From the NCBI GenBank assembly GCA_044892505.1, contig CM097882.1:271374001-271438000 (forward strand): DNA of 64,000 nt. The letters run 5' to 3'. A model generated the notes under the pieces. It saw nothing but the letters and a program-made list of their open reading frames with translations. It did no database searches and was not told the DNA's origin. Within the stretch, counting starts at the first letter, position 1, and every line of letters begins with the position of its first letter. The translations under genes were made by a program, and so were the position numbers. Below, one piece after another: positions 12,220 through 25,662 of this stretch. Origin of the DNA: Schmidtea nova (Eukaryota).

Positions 12220-15200
12220 AGTTAAATCAAAACATGTCTATATTCAATTGTTAGATAAATATTATAATTAAATATATTCTAAGTATAAAATTTATAAATA
12301 AAACATTTGTTAGTTTTACAGTTTAGTAAATTTAAACAAATTAATTTCTATTTCAAGTTATTTTAAAAGAATTAGAAGTCTTTAGATTATTGAACTATTT
12401 TAATACATATATAAGTGAAAATTTGTATAGAATCATCAAATGATAGTTAATATCAAAATAAATGCTTAAGTATATATAAAATAATAGTTGATAAAAATGT
12501 AAAAACAAACTCAGCCATGTGTTGGGCAAAAACCAGAAATTGTTTTAATAAAGCGATAACCCCATAGGTACAGAGCGCGCAAGATTCAGTTTTAACCCAA
12601 ACATACATTAAAAATCCAAACGATTAAGTGGAAAACACCAAAAGGTGAAGTGGACTCAAAATACATCAACCAGTAGAGAACGCGCTAGCTGTGAGTCTAA
12701 AAGCTATTACATTGAAACCTCGAGAAAAATCAAATGCCATCAAAAGAAGAACGTTTAAAAGTTAGAATAGGCGGGAAACCCATTGAAAATACCCATAAAA
12801 AACGGAATTGTGTTATAAAACCTTCAGTCCAGAAAAAATTAACAAAATTTTAGCCGAAAATTGTGATTTTATCAAAATATTTCACATTAACAACAAAAAG
12901 AACTAATATTGATCGAAATATCGTAAATTAAATCAAATCGAACAAATTTCGATTCAAAAATAAATATTTTGAATTAAAATAAATTATTTGTGTTTTATAA
13001 AAAACTATTACACAAAAATATGGATTTAATTTTCGGAAAATCATTAGAATTAATTTAGAAAAATTAAAAGGAAAATTCTGGAACAATTTGTTTTATTACA
13101 CTAGTGAAGGTAACGCAAAATCGATGGTATATATACCGCCATTAAAATGGAATTTATCAGAATTTGTGCAAATAAACTTTTTTTTGTTAGAGAATTTTGA
13201 GAGAATTTTGAAAGAACTTTGAAAGAATCTGTGAAAATTTAGTGAAAATTTTTTTCGAAAGAGTCGGTAAGTAGCATTCTTTTGTTCGGTGCGGGGTCAC
13301 TGAACAGCATGCCCTTTCAGTTACCCCGTACCCGGTATTATTTTATTATTTGTTAATTTTATTGATTGTTATGTCTATATTTATCATTATCAATTTTAAT
13401 TATTATATAAAATATTTAATGAAAGTTATTATGTTTTTCATTATTTTGAATTTAATCTTGTTATAGATTCTCAGATTTAATTGAAATTCATTTTAATATT
13501 TATTGCACAAAAATAAAATTAATAATTTTTTTTTGTTTCCGTAGCCCCTGAAGCCTGTTTCTGGCCTTGTGCCGATCGGGTGGAAGTAGCCTGAGCGGAT
13601 CGCTGGTTCGATTCGTTAATCGATCAGCCCATATTTCCGAGTCCAGGTGAATAGCCCAAACATCCATGATCACTTCATCCCAACTGGGGAACAGTGGCTT
13701 GGCCAAAGGCAAGTTGTTATATTAATGATATTTGATTTATAATAAATGTAGTTTATCCAAATTTATAATCTCTGACATATTTATCATTTAAAAATTAATA
13801 CCACATGTAAACGTAAAGACGATTCTCTCCAGCAATGTCTTTTCCATTATGAAAAATAGTTTATGAAAGAACATTTTACTCGTCGTCGCCTTCACTCTCG
13901 CAACAACTGTCATCTTATCCGAAAACGCAAGTAAATGGAAGCTAATGTTGGAAAAAGAATCATATGAAATAATGCTCAAAACTGATATAATGATTATGAA
14001 ATGAAATGAATTATTAAGACAAGTATTGATCGATCTGAATTGAACCTCATTCATCATCTAAATAATTTTCCAGTGAACCTTGTTTTCGGGAGCCTGAAGT
14101 TCCTAAGTGAAGTGTCCCGAAAAATTTGCGCGCACTTTGATTGGGAAATTCATGCTCGAACGAAACCGAAATTCACTTTACTCGATGTCGAAAAATATTC
14201 GTTGAAAAATTTATAACTCATTTTATTTTTATTCAGTATATAAAATTTTAGATTGAATTCTCATTTGGATTTCTAAATTTATGGATAAAAATTTATTATT
14301 ATGTGGATTTCGTGTTGATCAAAATATAAAAATTTACCTTTATTATATTGCGAAAATTTTATAATGAAAAAACTATAAACCAACAAATGTTTCCTAAAAA
14401 TTTATAAATCGAAACTTATATTACAATCCATAAAATTTATAGATCGAAGTATTATTATTATACTGAAAATTTTTATCATCTTGTAAAATTCTAAGTTCGA
14501 GATTTTATAGGAAAATTGTACGATTAATATATATATTAAAATATAAAAATTTGAATTCGAAATGTATATTATAAAAATTTAGAAATTTTATTATTTTCAT
14601 AAAATTATAATTTTAAAATTTATAAAATCATAATAAAAATATTATTATTATTTTAATTTCTGAAAATATTTTGGATATATAAAATTTATATTACTTCATA
14701 AAATACCCCCACGATATCTCCAAATCATAATGCATCCTTATTTGCAAAAATTTACACCCATTTCATTCAATAGTAACATCCATACTTGATACAATACAAA
14801 ATACATTCAGTTACCAACACACACACCCTACCACATTTCAATCAATAGGATTTTCTATATCAAATAATCCCATAATCTATACATTCACTCACCAACATAC
14901 ACGACATGATTTCATCTCACCATATCCGCTAGCAACATACATCCAGATGAGCCCCACAAATATTCATATAATCCCGCCCATTGTTTAGAGCCTATTACCA
15001 CAGTATCATTCCCAACATACAAACACACGCAATCACATAAAATCATAACAATAGGGCATTCATCACAAGCGTACTATAAAACATACATACATACATCTCC
15101 GAACTTATTTCCATTTGTTTCACCAAACCCCAATGTACAACATATCCATGCAAGAAATGTCATAGGAATTCGCAACCCCGCCATTTACGAAACTCATCTG

Positions 15201-15608
15201 AACTATCGGCTAAAATCCAGAATCCCCAATGGTTTTACTTTGTACCAGATCATACATGCTCACCTCGCCGGTAATTTTAAAAGTTCCTATCAAATGTATT
15301 CATTATATGGTTTGTGTAGTACACCAAAAATTTACTAAAATTTATTATATTCTATATATTATACTCTATTTATTATACTCTATATATTATACACTATTTA
15401 TGTAATTGTTATTATACTCCAAAATTTATAATAACAAACCTCTAGTCAGCTCATAATACAAGAACTAGACCAGTATCTTAGTATATTGATGAATGCTAAA
15501 CCACCGATAATTCATAGTCAATCCCCGACTAAAACTACCTCAAAATAATTGATAAAAAACTCTGCACCACAGGTGGAGTATAGTTCTAACACTCCCTGAC
15601 CGTATGGG

Positions 15609-16214
15609 CTGTGGCGGACTGGCTACTTATTCTCAGGGTTGCTGATGTACCTCAGGGGCCCGTAATTGCATGCAGGGTCACGAATTCTTTCTAAACAAAT
15701 TTTACCTCTATGTTAAATTTACGTGAAAAATGACTTTTGTGCACACTATGGTATATATGCAAAACTTTTAGAAGTAGACTTAATATCGTTTGGTAAATTA
15801 TAAAGAATGTTGAGAAAGAAACGAAAGAGTCCTTTTAATAGCGTAATTTTTGAAATTTTATAATAATAAATTAAATATCACAGTTGAACTTACTTCAAAA
15901 TGATCCGTTAATGAAATAAAATTGCATGCACAATGCAGAAATGATAATTCACGAGAATTCTCTGATAGCGCGGTTAAGTTATACTAACAAACTTAGCAGT
16001 TAAAACAAATATATAAAAAATGTTCGTAAATCAGCCTGATTATTATTATTCTATACTTGCATTGTTGATTTAAATAAATTTTTTTCATAAAGTACAAATC
16101 AATAGGTATTAACTAAAATATATATTTTTATTCTACATTGGGCCCGGATCCCTAACATTTGGAAAGGGCCCGGGTTGCTAACGCAACCCGGCAATCCGGG
16201 TCAGTCCGCCACTG
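15609..16214. mobile_element. hAT MITE, 606 bp
   Basis: TIRs CTGTGGCGGACTGG / TCAGTCCGCCACTG (12/14). Perfect 8 bp TSD CGTATGGG. GGGCCC subterminal motifs. Confidence 0.85.
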
Positions 16215-17594
16215 CGTATGGGTAATACTGACAACCCGCACAAAAGCTAAAAATTGTTTTTTTCCATATATCTGCATAAAACATTTATCGATCAAATTTT
16301 ATCAAATTAAAAAGGAAAAAGAAATAATAAGGTAAACTGTATTTAACTTTTAAATATAACAAAAATTAGTGAAAAACAAAACATTACCCAGCTACACATA
16401 TTAAACGGTCATTCACAAATAGAGGGATGGAAGAGGTATAATAAAGTTCCACAGGATAAATGAAATTTTCCATGATCGATCGCGAATTGATATTCCAAAT
16501 GAGGTGATCCTTCACAATGGTTCCAGGAACTTAGAGACAGATTCCATCATTGCGAGTATGAGAGAAATTTCCAAAATGAGTGAACGCTCGAGAATGAGAC
16601 AAAAAATCCGCATAGGATTCAGCTGGCAAAGGGGAAATTTCCAAGCGATGTTCATCGATTTTCTTCCTTTCCATCTGGAGTTCTTTGGTTTAGGGGAATT
16701 TCAGTTGATAATCGAGTGGTGTGAGATAGGATATTGATCGGTGTTGACTGGGTATTTGACTCCTTAAATCTATTAAAAAATTAAGAAAAGTTAAAAGAAA
16801 AATTACATAGATATATTGAAAATGACCAACTTATCCAAATCATCACCAGAATTCTAGAGGATTTCCCCATCTAAAAATAAACGTGTAAATCAATAAATTT
16901 GATATAATAATTGAAAATTACATAATATAAATGGGCCAATAAGAATTGACGAATTTTTGCTTGGCAGTTATATAGGTTTCTTCTTTAGCGGGGGAACGCT
17001 GAGGGTTTTGAGGGAATTGCGGTTGAAATCGGATTTCCTAATTAAAAATTTAATTTTGAAATTGGAATAAGAAATTAAAATTAATAAATAAGAGGATTAT
17101 CAGTATAATAAAATTAACATGAAAATTATAGAATGTATATTATTACCGTTGCTAAGGCCTCGGCGAAGTTTTGAAGTCAAAATGATAAATTTTAATAAAA
17201 TGCTAAAGATTTATAATAAGCAAGATAGACATTAGGTATAAGAGATAAGCGAAGTTTTAGTTAAATTTATCAACACAAAAATATAAAAATCAAAAACATC
17301 CAGAAAATAATAATAGCTTGGTCTAAATCAATAAAAATTAATTACCCCGAAATTTTATGATAGATCAAAGATTTTTCGATCTCTGAATTAAGTTGGCGAT
17401 GGTATATTTGAGGGTAAACATAGTAAGCAATAATGAATGTGTGATTTGCGATAAATTTTGTGTATAATAGTTGGATTTGAAAAATCGATAAATGTTCATC
17501 GATCAAAATGATTTTATTTTATTGATTTAAAATGAATATTTGAAATTGAATGTCAAATGACGACTGGAATGGGTTATGATTGTATAATTTTTAG

Positions 17595-18071
17595 ATGTCC
17601 GAAATGAATATAGAACAGAAATTCGAAGAGATGTACAAATTGATTTTGGAAAATGCCCGCCATAATCGCCGGGTAGACCAGTGCTTCGCCGAGATGGAGA
17701 GGGCGAAAACCTCAAATACGGACGCGCTGCAAATCATGACTTCTCGGATGGAGAAGTTCCGAGCGCGATCCCGGGAGATGGAGTCGACGTGGTCGGACAA
17801 GGAGACCGTGGACAAACTCCGAAAACAAAACCAGATGCTGTTGCAACAGGCTGCGGACGACGCAATGAGATTGCGGGCGTGCCGAGTCACAATCCGAGAA
17901 TTGGAAACTCAGAATGAAAAGCTGAGGACGGACAGTGGCATCATTGCTGCCGTCCTGCCAAAACCACCCTGCCTGTCTCAAGAGTTGTTCCCAGTGAGGG
18001 TCGAAGAACAGATATTGACACCTCCTGTTCCCGCAAAAAAACAACCAGACAGAAACCCAATAAAGGGGTGA
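17595..18071 (+). CDS. Hypothetical coiled-coil protein, 158 aa, probably mobile-element derived
   Basis: Open, GC-richer frame with heptad-like E/K/R/L content. The ATG directly follows TTTTTAG. Confidence 0.4.
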   Translation: MSEMNIEQKFEEMYKLILENARHNRRVDQCFAEMERAKTSNTDALQIMTSRMEKFRARSREMESTWSDKETVDKLRKQNQMLLQQAADDAMRLRACRVTIRELETQNEKLRTDSGIIAAVLPKPPCLSQELFPVRVEEQILTPPVPAKKQPDRNPIKG

Positions 18072-19632
18072 GGGCTCGACGAAGACGTCGGCAGGAAGCG
18101 AGATTGCTGGGGCAAATCCGCAAGGAATCTTCAGACGTGATAGACATTACTTCTTTGTGATATAATTGACAAGGAATATTTTATCGTGTATTTATTGATT
18201 TTTCTTTGTAGTTTGTGTTGTTGTTTTTGTTAACATTAAAGTTTCCTTTTGTTTTTTTAAATATTTATTGGTTTGGATGATTGAATGGAATAAAGTGAAA
18301 AATGGAATAAATTGAGTAAATTCCACTGAGGTTTAATAGTAAATGAAGTTCATGAAGTTTTTCTGAAGTAAATAATGCATAGGAGGGACAAAATGGGCAT
18401 TAAACCTTCTATCGGTAGCCCTTGGACCCAGGAGATATTCGGTCAATCATAGTTTCGTATTGACGACGCTCACTGATTGCGAATACCCACCCACTTGTTA
18501 CAGTACCAACGTTACATAGTAATGGGTAACAAGATGGTAGTTTAAATGTTTTATGTGTTGAGTTGTTCATGAGAGCCATAGAATCGTCAAGGTCATATTG
18601 ACGATCAATAACTCACCACATGAAAAAACAGACTTCGTAAAAGTTCCAAGGAAAATGACGTCTAGAATATCTAGTGGTAGGAGAATAGGAGAAGAACGTA
18701 ATAGTTAGTTGAAAGAAGACAGCACCCGTATATTGCTTCGACAATTCAAGCAACGTAAAGAATGACTAATATAAGTGCGCAGACAATTAACGGCCACCAG
18801 AAAAATGAAAGAAATTATAAAATCAAAAGAGAATTGAAAAGAACAAGCAAAATATCAATATGCTAAGAAAGATAATAACCAACGACCAAGAAGCCAAAAG
18901 GAAATGTAATGGTTGTTGGGTAGTATGAGTGTTGTTATGATTATTTATAGTTGGTTGCTACGGATGACTACAACCCATACCCCTTAATAAATATTAAACT
19001 ACCTCACTCATGTACCCATAGTTATTCCCTGACTAACTATTTTGGTACTGTACATGATGGCGAGAATCTAGTGAGCAGGTGAGCTTCGTTGACAAAACTA
19101 CTCCTCACTATATTGTCTCTTTCGGGTTCCTTCTGCCGATAGAAGGACTTACGCATTTACCTACTTTACGGTCCTATAACATGACTAAATCGGAACTATC
19201 CCTTTCCCACATGATTTCAGATCTGTCTTTATTTTTTCCAAAAAGAAAATTTATATTTATGTTGATGATATCTAAATAACAAATTTATGAATAAACAAAT
19301 AAAATTACCTGTGAGAAAATCGTCATGGCGAAAGAGACGGTCAATGGGAACACGAAAAAGAAAACTGAAAAAAAAGAGAAATGAGAATAAGGAATCAGAC
19401 AAAAGAAATCAGACAAGAAAATAGAAACAAAGGTCAGCACTAATTAATTAGTACAAAAGGAAAAGGAATTTTAAATCGGGAAAAACAAAAATAACAACAA
19501 TTTACTTATCTCGACAGCTTGTCAGAGATAACGAAAACGAAAAAAACAGACCAGAGCGGCAAAAAAGAAAAACAAAAAATATCTTGACAGCTTTCAGACA
19601 TAACTCTTTTGCAGAAAAAAGTCGGGGACTTA

Positions 19633-20174
19633 TGTGAAGGAAAATGTAAAATGAGAGATAAATTTAAGTTCCTAAAAGTGACGATATATAAAAGGAGGAA
19701 GCACAGCAGAAGCAGTCAGAATATTTTAGACAGAACACTGTAGACAGAATATTGTTAGAGAACTTTGGAGAGGAGAACATTGTTAGACAGAATATTGTGA
19801 AAAATACTTGGAACAGAGGATCGAAGTCAGAGGAAAACAGAAAGCTATAGGAAAATATTTATTTGGAGAAATTGGAGAAAATCGGAAAGAAAATTCGAAG
19901 CAAATAACTTAAGAGAAAATTTAGAGAAGAGTTAAAAGGAGAATCAGAAACAAAGGGATAAACAGCAGGAACCTATTCAGTCGATAACCGAGTTAAGTTC
20001 GGCGTAAATCCAAGTCAAATCAAGAAAGCAACCAGTTAAATTACCAATTGTTATACCCATCAGTGGTGAGTGATTGTTTAACCCAAGATTATACGCGAGT
20101 GCTATTCTTCACCGTCGTGTTGTAATAAGAAGTGTATAATCAGTTACTAAATTGTTGAATTTTGGTCACTTCAG
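19633..20174 (+). repeat. Putative LTR remnant
   Basis: Begins with TG after a purine run ending GGGGACTTA. TATATAAAAG at about 19686, internal AGACAGAATATTGT repeats and an end near CA. No partner LTR found. Confidence 0.35.
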
Positions 20175-20274
20175 TGTAAATTGATAATATTGTTATTTGT
20201 GGGTCAATTAAAAATACACTTTGGAGTCAGATATTTGATTGGTAACTTTTACAATTTCACCAACAACCCAGAAC

Positions 20275-20277
<3 letters not shown>

Positions 20278-20322
<45 letters not shown>
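20278..20322. repeat. (TA)n microsatellite
   Basis: Visible directly in the sequence. Confidence 0.95.
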
Positions 20323-20325
<3 letters not shown>

Positions 20326-22375
20326 TTATAAAATACTTTAACCAAAATTATGAATACCTATGTGTAGTTCCCTTCGTCCGGCCCGAATTCGGTTCAAAGT
20401 CATCGCATCGATATAATCCCAGAGGATCAGGACAGAGAGTCCAGCAACCCGGGGTTAGAAACCACCAAGGCTCACCTTATTTATTTCAGTCGAGGATCCC
20501 TTAATAAAAACCAAAAGTGTACCTCAAAATTTATTATAAACCTCGAAAATGATAACAACAAAATATTACCATCAAATATAAACATAGAAACATACTTACG
20601 AACTCGACTGGCTGGCATCTTCCAAAGATTTACTCACGGTAAATTAATAGCTAGTAAGTTTAAATTATGATTTAATCAAATTTAATTTAATTCTATTTTC
20701 ATTCTTAACTCTGTTATTTTTACGATATTCCAATGAGAATTTTTCTATAATTTTTAATAAATTATTTTTTTTCTAAAACCAATTTAATTTTTTTGATCAT
20801 ACTTTCGTATTCACTATACAAGCAATGAACTTCCCCATTCTGATTCTCGTGCTGTCATTCAAATGTAAATCTTACCTGCGCTCAAATTGTGTGCTCTCTT
20901 TTAAGATGCCTCTTATTTTATTGTTTCAACCCTATCCCGACTGACTTAAAAATGTGGTTCGTATGACTAATATTTTCTTTCCTGTTTTGATTCCGTTTCT
21001 TTTGTATGCATTTAATTCTGATGAATTTAAACAAAATTTATTTTTCTACTTCGCCAGCACAACATCATTCCGGGGCCCGTTTATATTGCGTCCCGCAATC
21101 TACTTAGACAAATGACCATTAGCGCCACATTCTATTAGGTAAACACTATCCTTTACACATACTATAATTCTTGATACATGTTAGAATATAATTGACAGAC
21201 AAATGTCAAAAAATGTTTTAAGGACAATCAGAGGGTATATATGGTAACCCGTCGACTACAAATACAATTCAGATAAAATGTTCCCATTAACGGAAAATTG
21301 TTACCATATATAATGTTTTTGTTTTGGATCAGTTCATCTTGTTTATGTTCCTTTTTCTTTGGGTTTCAATCTCGAATGTATAGGTTGATTTTTGATTGTA
21401 TTTGAATTATTGGGTTTAGATCGTTTTATCTTGATCCTTGTTCTTCCAGGATATTCGGTTCTATTTGTTGGGCCAGCAAAGTAAGGTTTGTATCTGTAAT
21501 CAAATAAAATAATTAATTAATTAATTTAATTGATTAATTAATTAATTAAAAACCAGAGAACCAGCATGGACAGTAAATGTAAAATAAATAAAACAAAATA
21601 ATCAATAAAAGAAACATAAATTCCTACATAAACAGCAACACCTGGAATCCATGCCCAATTGACAGAACCTAAAGTAAAAGTCAATAAGCAACAACAAAAT
21701 ATAATCATAGTATTACAATCAATTGAAACCACTTGGAATCGTAAGAAATCCTAAAGTAATTAAATAAGATTAAAAATAAAAATAAAATGGCAATTCAACT
21801 GCTGTCACCTACCTAGCACAGCAAGTAAAGCTAGAAAAACTAATAAATAAATTTCAAAGAGTTTAAGTTACCCGAAAAAAAAACTTGAATCTAAAAAATC
21901 TCCAATACGAAGAATAAAAATAAATACCTGTCAATAATGGCAGCGACAGGTGAATTTTGATTGGCTGACAGCAAACCGAAAATATTATAAATACGGACAC
22001 CAAATTAGTTGAAAGCAGCATATTTTTACCTTGAGTGTTTTTGTACCTTACTGTACCTTATTGACTAAAAGTTGTATATTGAACGTTATTTGAATTTGAA
22101 CGATTTATCGCTAATAAAGGTATCAATTGTTGTTATTATGTGTTAAGTATAATTTTCGGTTAAACCCCATGTTTTTCTCTTTCGTTAAAATCAATAAGGG
22201 CATGTCCCGACGGTCTCGCGACCTGACGGGCGATAATTGGCCTCCCGATCCGACACTCCCGGAGTGTTAGGCGGTGCCGCGTACCGGAGCTAATCATGAG
22301 GAGAAAAGGGACTGCACATAGAACAACTAAAGGATTTAGGATAGTTTGCAATGAAATTTATTTTGAGATAGGGGA

Positions 22376-23378
22376 TGTGCTGATGGCACCTATACAGTAA
22401 CCCCGATCGCAAGTATGAGTCTGAAATGGGGCGTAGGAAATCGACAGAGTAAAATGAAATTCAAACTAGAATTTTCATATGTAATTAGCAATCCACGACA
22501 AGATAAACAAGCCAAAGACTCAAAAAAAAACTATAAAAAAACTATCAACACCATTAAAGAGCTTAGGGGAACGCAACCCATGTGATGAAACAAGTTATAT
22601 AAAATTTTGTTGTTGCGGAAACGACCGATCATTTATCGTATTGTTGGGGTTAATATAAAAATCACAAAAGTAAAATAAATAAAAGTGCAAAAATTAATTA
22701 AAATTTATCAAAAATTTAAAATTAATATTCAATGGGGGAAATTGGTATGGTTGAATGCCAAATATAAAGACGAACCCAAAATTAATAATAGAAATTTAGT
22801 AAGGGGTCCCCAGAGAAAGTTATTTAATAAAAACAAACTAATTAAAATTAATTAATCGCTCAATGGGAAGTCCGAGACAATGGGAAGCCCGAGGCAATGG
22901 GAAACCCAATCAATGAGGAAAGCCTGAGCGCAAAGAGACCCGAGAGATCAAAGTCGGGGCAATTAGGAAAAATCCATCCGAGGATAATTAAAATAATTGG
23001 TTAGCAAAACAATTAAACCCGAGATTTGTTAACCTTTAGGTATCGATAAAACCTAATTGCTATTTGCGAGAACTATAAAAGGCAGCGCAAAACAGAGGAC
23101 GGGGCCGACGAGTTGATAGTTAAAAAAGGAGAATATTAAAAAGTTTCGAAAACAAATAAAGAAAGATCCTGAAGAAATCAAACAGACAAAGTGAGAAAGT
23201 ATCCTTTTAACTAAAGAATCAAATCCGAATCCAACAGAAAGCGTAAATTGACCAAAAGTGTGTATAACAAAATTTGTAGTTTGTGTTGATCGTGAATAAA
23301 AAGATTGTTCTGTGTTGGGTTCATTGATTTCGATAATTAAAGAGCACGAGGAGTCAGGTCAGTAAACCGATCTTAACA
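22376..23378 (+). repeat. Putative LTR remnant
   Basis: TG after PPT-like GAGATAGGGGA, CTATAAAAGG TATA box at about 23074, AATAAA at about 23295 and an end at TTAACA. No partner LTR found. Confidence 0.35.
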
Positions 23379-24345
23379 GAATAATAACCTAACAGTATTG
23401 TATTGCCAAATACCCTCAAATCGGATAAAGTACCATTACTATGGAAATAACCAACACAAACGGATTATTACTCACATCACCGCAATAAGAAACCGACATG
23501 CCCAAAAACCTTAAGAAATTCATAGTTTTCATGAGTCCCAGTGCGACAGCATGTTTTCCCCGAGAGCGATTAAAGGTTAATTTCTATAACCTATCCACCG
23601 GTGATTTGCGGGAGTTGTATGAGAGGTTTCTGCAACAATGACCATTCAAATAGACTATACAAATGTTGCAAATATAATCGTATGATTGGCATGAAGCGAT
23701 TGAGGGAGAGATCCGGAATGATGTATGCTGACTATCTAAACTCACCGGGAGTTGTTGTTAAATCATACAATGATCAGATCTTTCTGAATGTTGAGGTAAT
23801 TATAATTACGAAGGGCAAATGAATTAGCCTGACATAATCTCCGAGATAAGCTTATGAATAAAGCACCAGGTGTGCCAGAAATCGGTTCAAATAGTATTAA
23901 TCAAATCCATTTGGAAATCTTTAGGGAAGGATCACATTACAAACACTGATTATGACCACGCCAGCTGTATTAAACCCAGGCCAACTAGTAAATAAGCGAG
24001 AATTTCTGAGTTGAGGGGATTAGTCGTCGTAAACAAAGAATGAAGAATAGAACACCCGACTGTTACCAGATCAAATCAGGGAAAGGCAAATTTCTCGATC
24101 AATTTTTCTATTGGCGTTTTGCTAACCCAAAAAATTTTAGTTTTCCGACAGCAGAGTTAATGAGAATTGAAATTAATACATTTCCTGAGGAATAATGAAT
24201 ATCACCAATCGCAAAGCAACACTAAATTCAAGAAGCATCGTATGTGTTCAAAATCATGCCACGAATCGCCCAACCGTCTATTATCAAGACGGGAAAGTCA
24301 ACCGACCAGGGATCTGGGCACTGAAGTAAGCCCCGTCCGAGGTAC

Positions 24346-24861
24346 TTGACGACAACAACTGCGAAAAAATGGCGGAGTCAATTCAAAAGGAAGACCCCAT
24401 TCGAAAAATGGAAGAAATTTACTAAAGAGCTCCATTATGAAGGATGGCCCCTATGGCCAGCAACTTATCATACCAATATGCCTAAGAGATGGTTCATCGT
24501 TCTACACCATGACGAGGTAGTGCCACGCTGGATTCTTTCTTTTTCTTGGATACCAGTCAATGAATTACACCAAATAGGCTACATCCTCCTTGGTAGACCT
24601 AGACGAATAGATGGTGGTGAAATGCAAGAATTCACAAACCTTCCTTTTGAAATGCCAAAGGATTGCCGAAATTCATCAAAGTGGGCCCAGAGCGTACAGA
24701 TTAACAAAATCTTTATGTACAATTCGCGGCTCTGTTGGACTCTAAATCCAAAACTATACCAGCCAAACGGGATACTCAAACAAGAAGCGGTGGCCTATCA
24801 GGAGTGGTCACTGCAAAACCCAACAGTTCCGCAAGTCGGAATCGACCAACCTACATCATGA
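24346..24861 (+). CDS. Hypothetical Trp-rich protein, about 170 aa, unknown family
   Basis: Open frame of 171 codons in AT-rich DNA. No family recognised and the start is uncertain. Confidence 0.35.
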   Translation: MTTTTAKKWRSQFKRKTPFEKWKKFTKELHYEGWPLWPATYHTNMPKRWFIVLHHDEVVPRWILSFSWIPVNELHQIGYILLGRPRRIDGGEMQEFTNLPFEMPKDCRNSSKWAQSVQINKIFMYNSRLCWTLNPKLYQPNGILKQEAVAYQEWSLQNPTVPQVGIDQPTS

Positions 24862-25179
24862 CAATCACCCTTGAAATGAACTGTGTTATAATGGCAATTT
24901 AATTGTCTATTTCTTATCTCAGTAGTTTGCTTTAAATTAATTAAATACATTCGAATTGATTTCGTGTACAGAGTTTTTATTGGCGAATGAATAAAATTGT
25001 GTGAATAAAATGGATTGATGGTAAAGGCTGCTTACTCAAATGCATAGTTCGAATAAAGTGAGAGAGGAAGAGGAATATAACGAACATGCGTGTTAAGGTA
25101 GATGCCGAACTCATATCAGATAGCGAATTTCCAAAGAGAGGATTAATCTAAGGGGAAACTGAAGCACGATTAACATTAC

Positions 25180-25662
25180 ATGTATCGTTTAAGCCCATGT
25201 AATTTCCAAATGGACCATATCAAACAATTGATTCACACAACTATCAAGAGGCAGCTGCAACGTCGCGTTCAGTTATTGGAGGGAAAAATCAATCATAAGA
25301 CCCTTGAAATAAATGAATTGATACGGACTTGGTTAAGTACTGAGCAAATGAAAGAGGCCCTAAAGAGTCATGATAGAACAAAACAGGCCCTCAGCGAACA
25401 GACAGCGAAGTTGTCGCCTACCCGACTAGAACTTAACCATTGCCTGCGGTCGGTTTCAAATGATTTCATTGAAAGGTACCTTTGGGAACAAATCCGTACG
25501 AGTACATTCGAAAAATGGATCCCAAATAAGAGCGTGAGCAGTGAGAGGCAAACACACGGAGTACCTTTCGTTGTAGAAACCGGAAACCGTGAAGGGGTTC
25601 CCGCAACTAGCTCGGCGCCAATAAAAACGAAGAGACGAAACCACCTAGGAGTGAAGAGATGA
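25180..25662 (+). CDS. Hypothetical coiled-coil protein
   Basis: Open 160-codon frame (LQRRVQLLEGKINHKTLEINEL), upstream of a PPT-like/TG junction at 25878. Confidence 0.35.
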   Translation: MYRLSPCNFQMDHIKQLIHTTIKRQLQRRVQLLEGKINHKTLEINELIRTWLSTEQMKEALKSHDRTKQALSEQTAKLSPTRLELNHCLRSVSNDFIERYLWEQIRTSTFEKWIPNKSVSSERQTHGVPFVVETGNREGVPATSSAPIKTKRRNHLGVKR

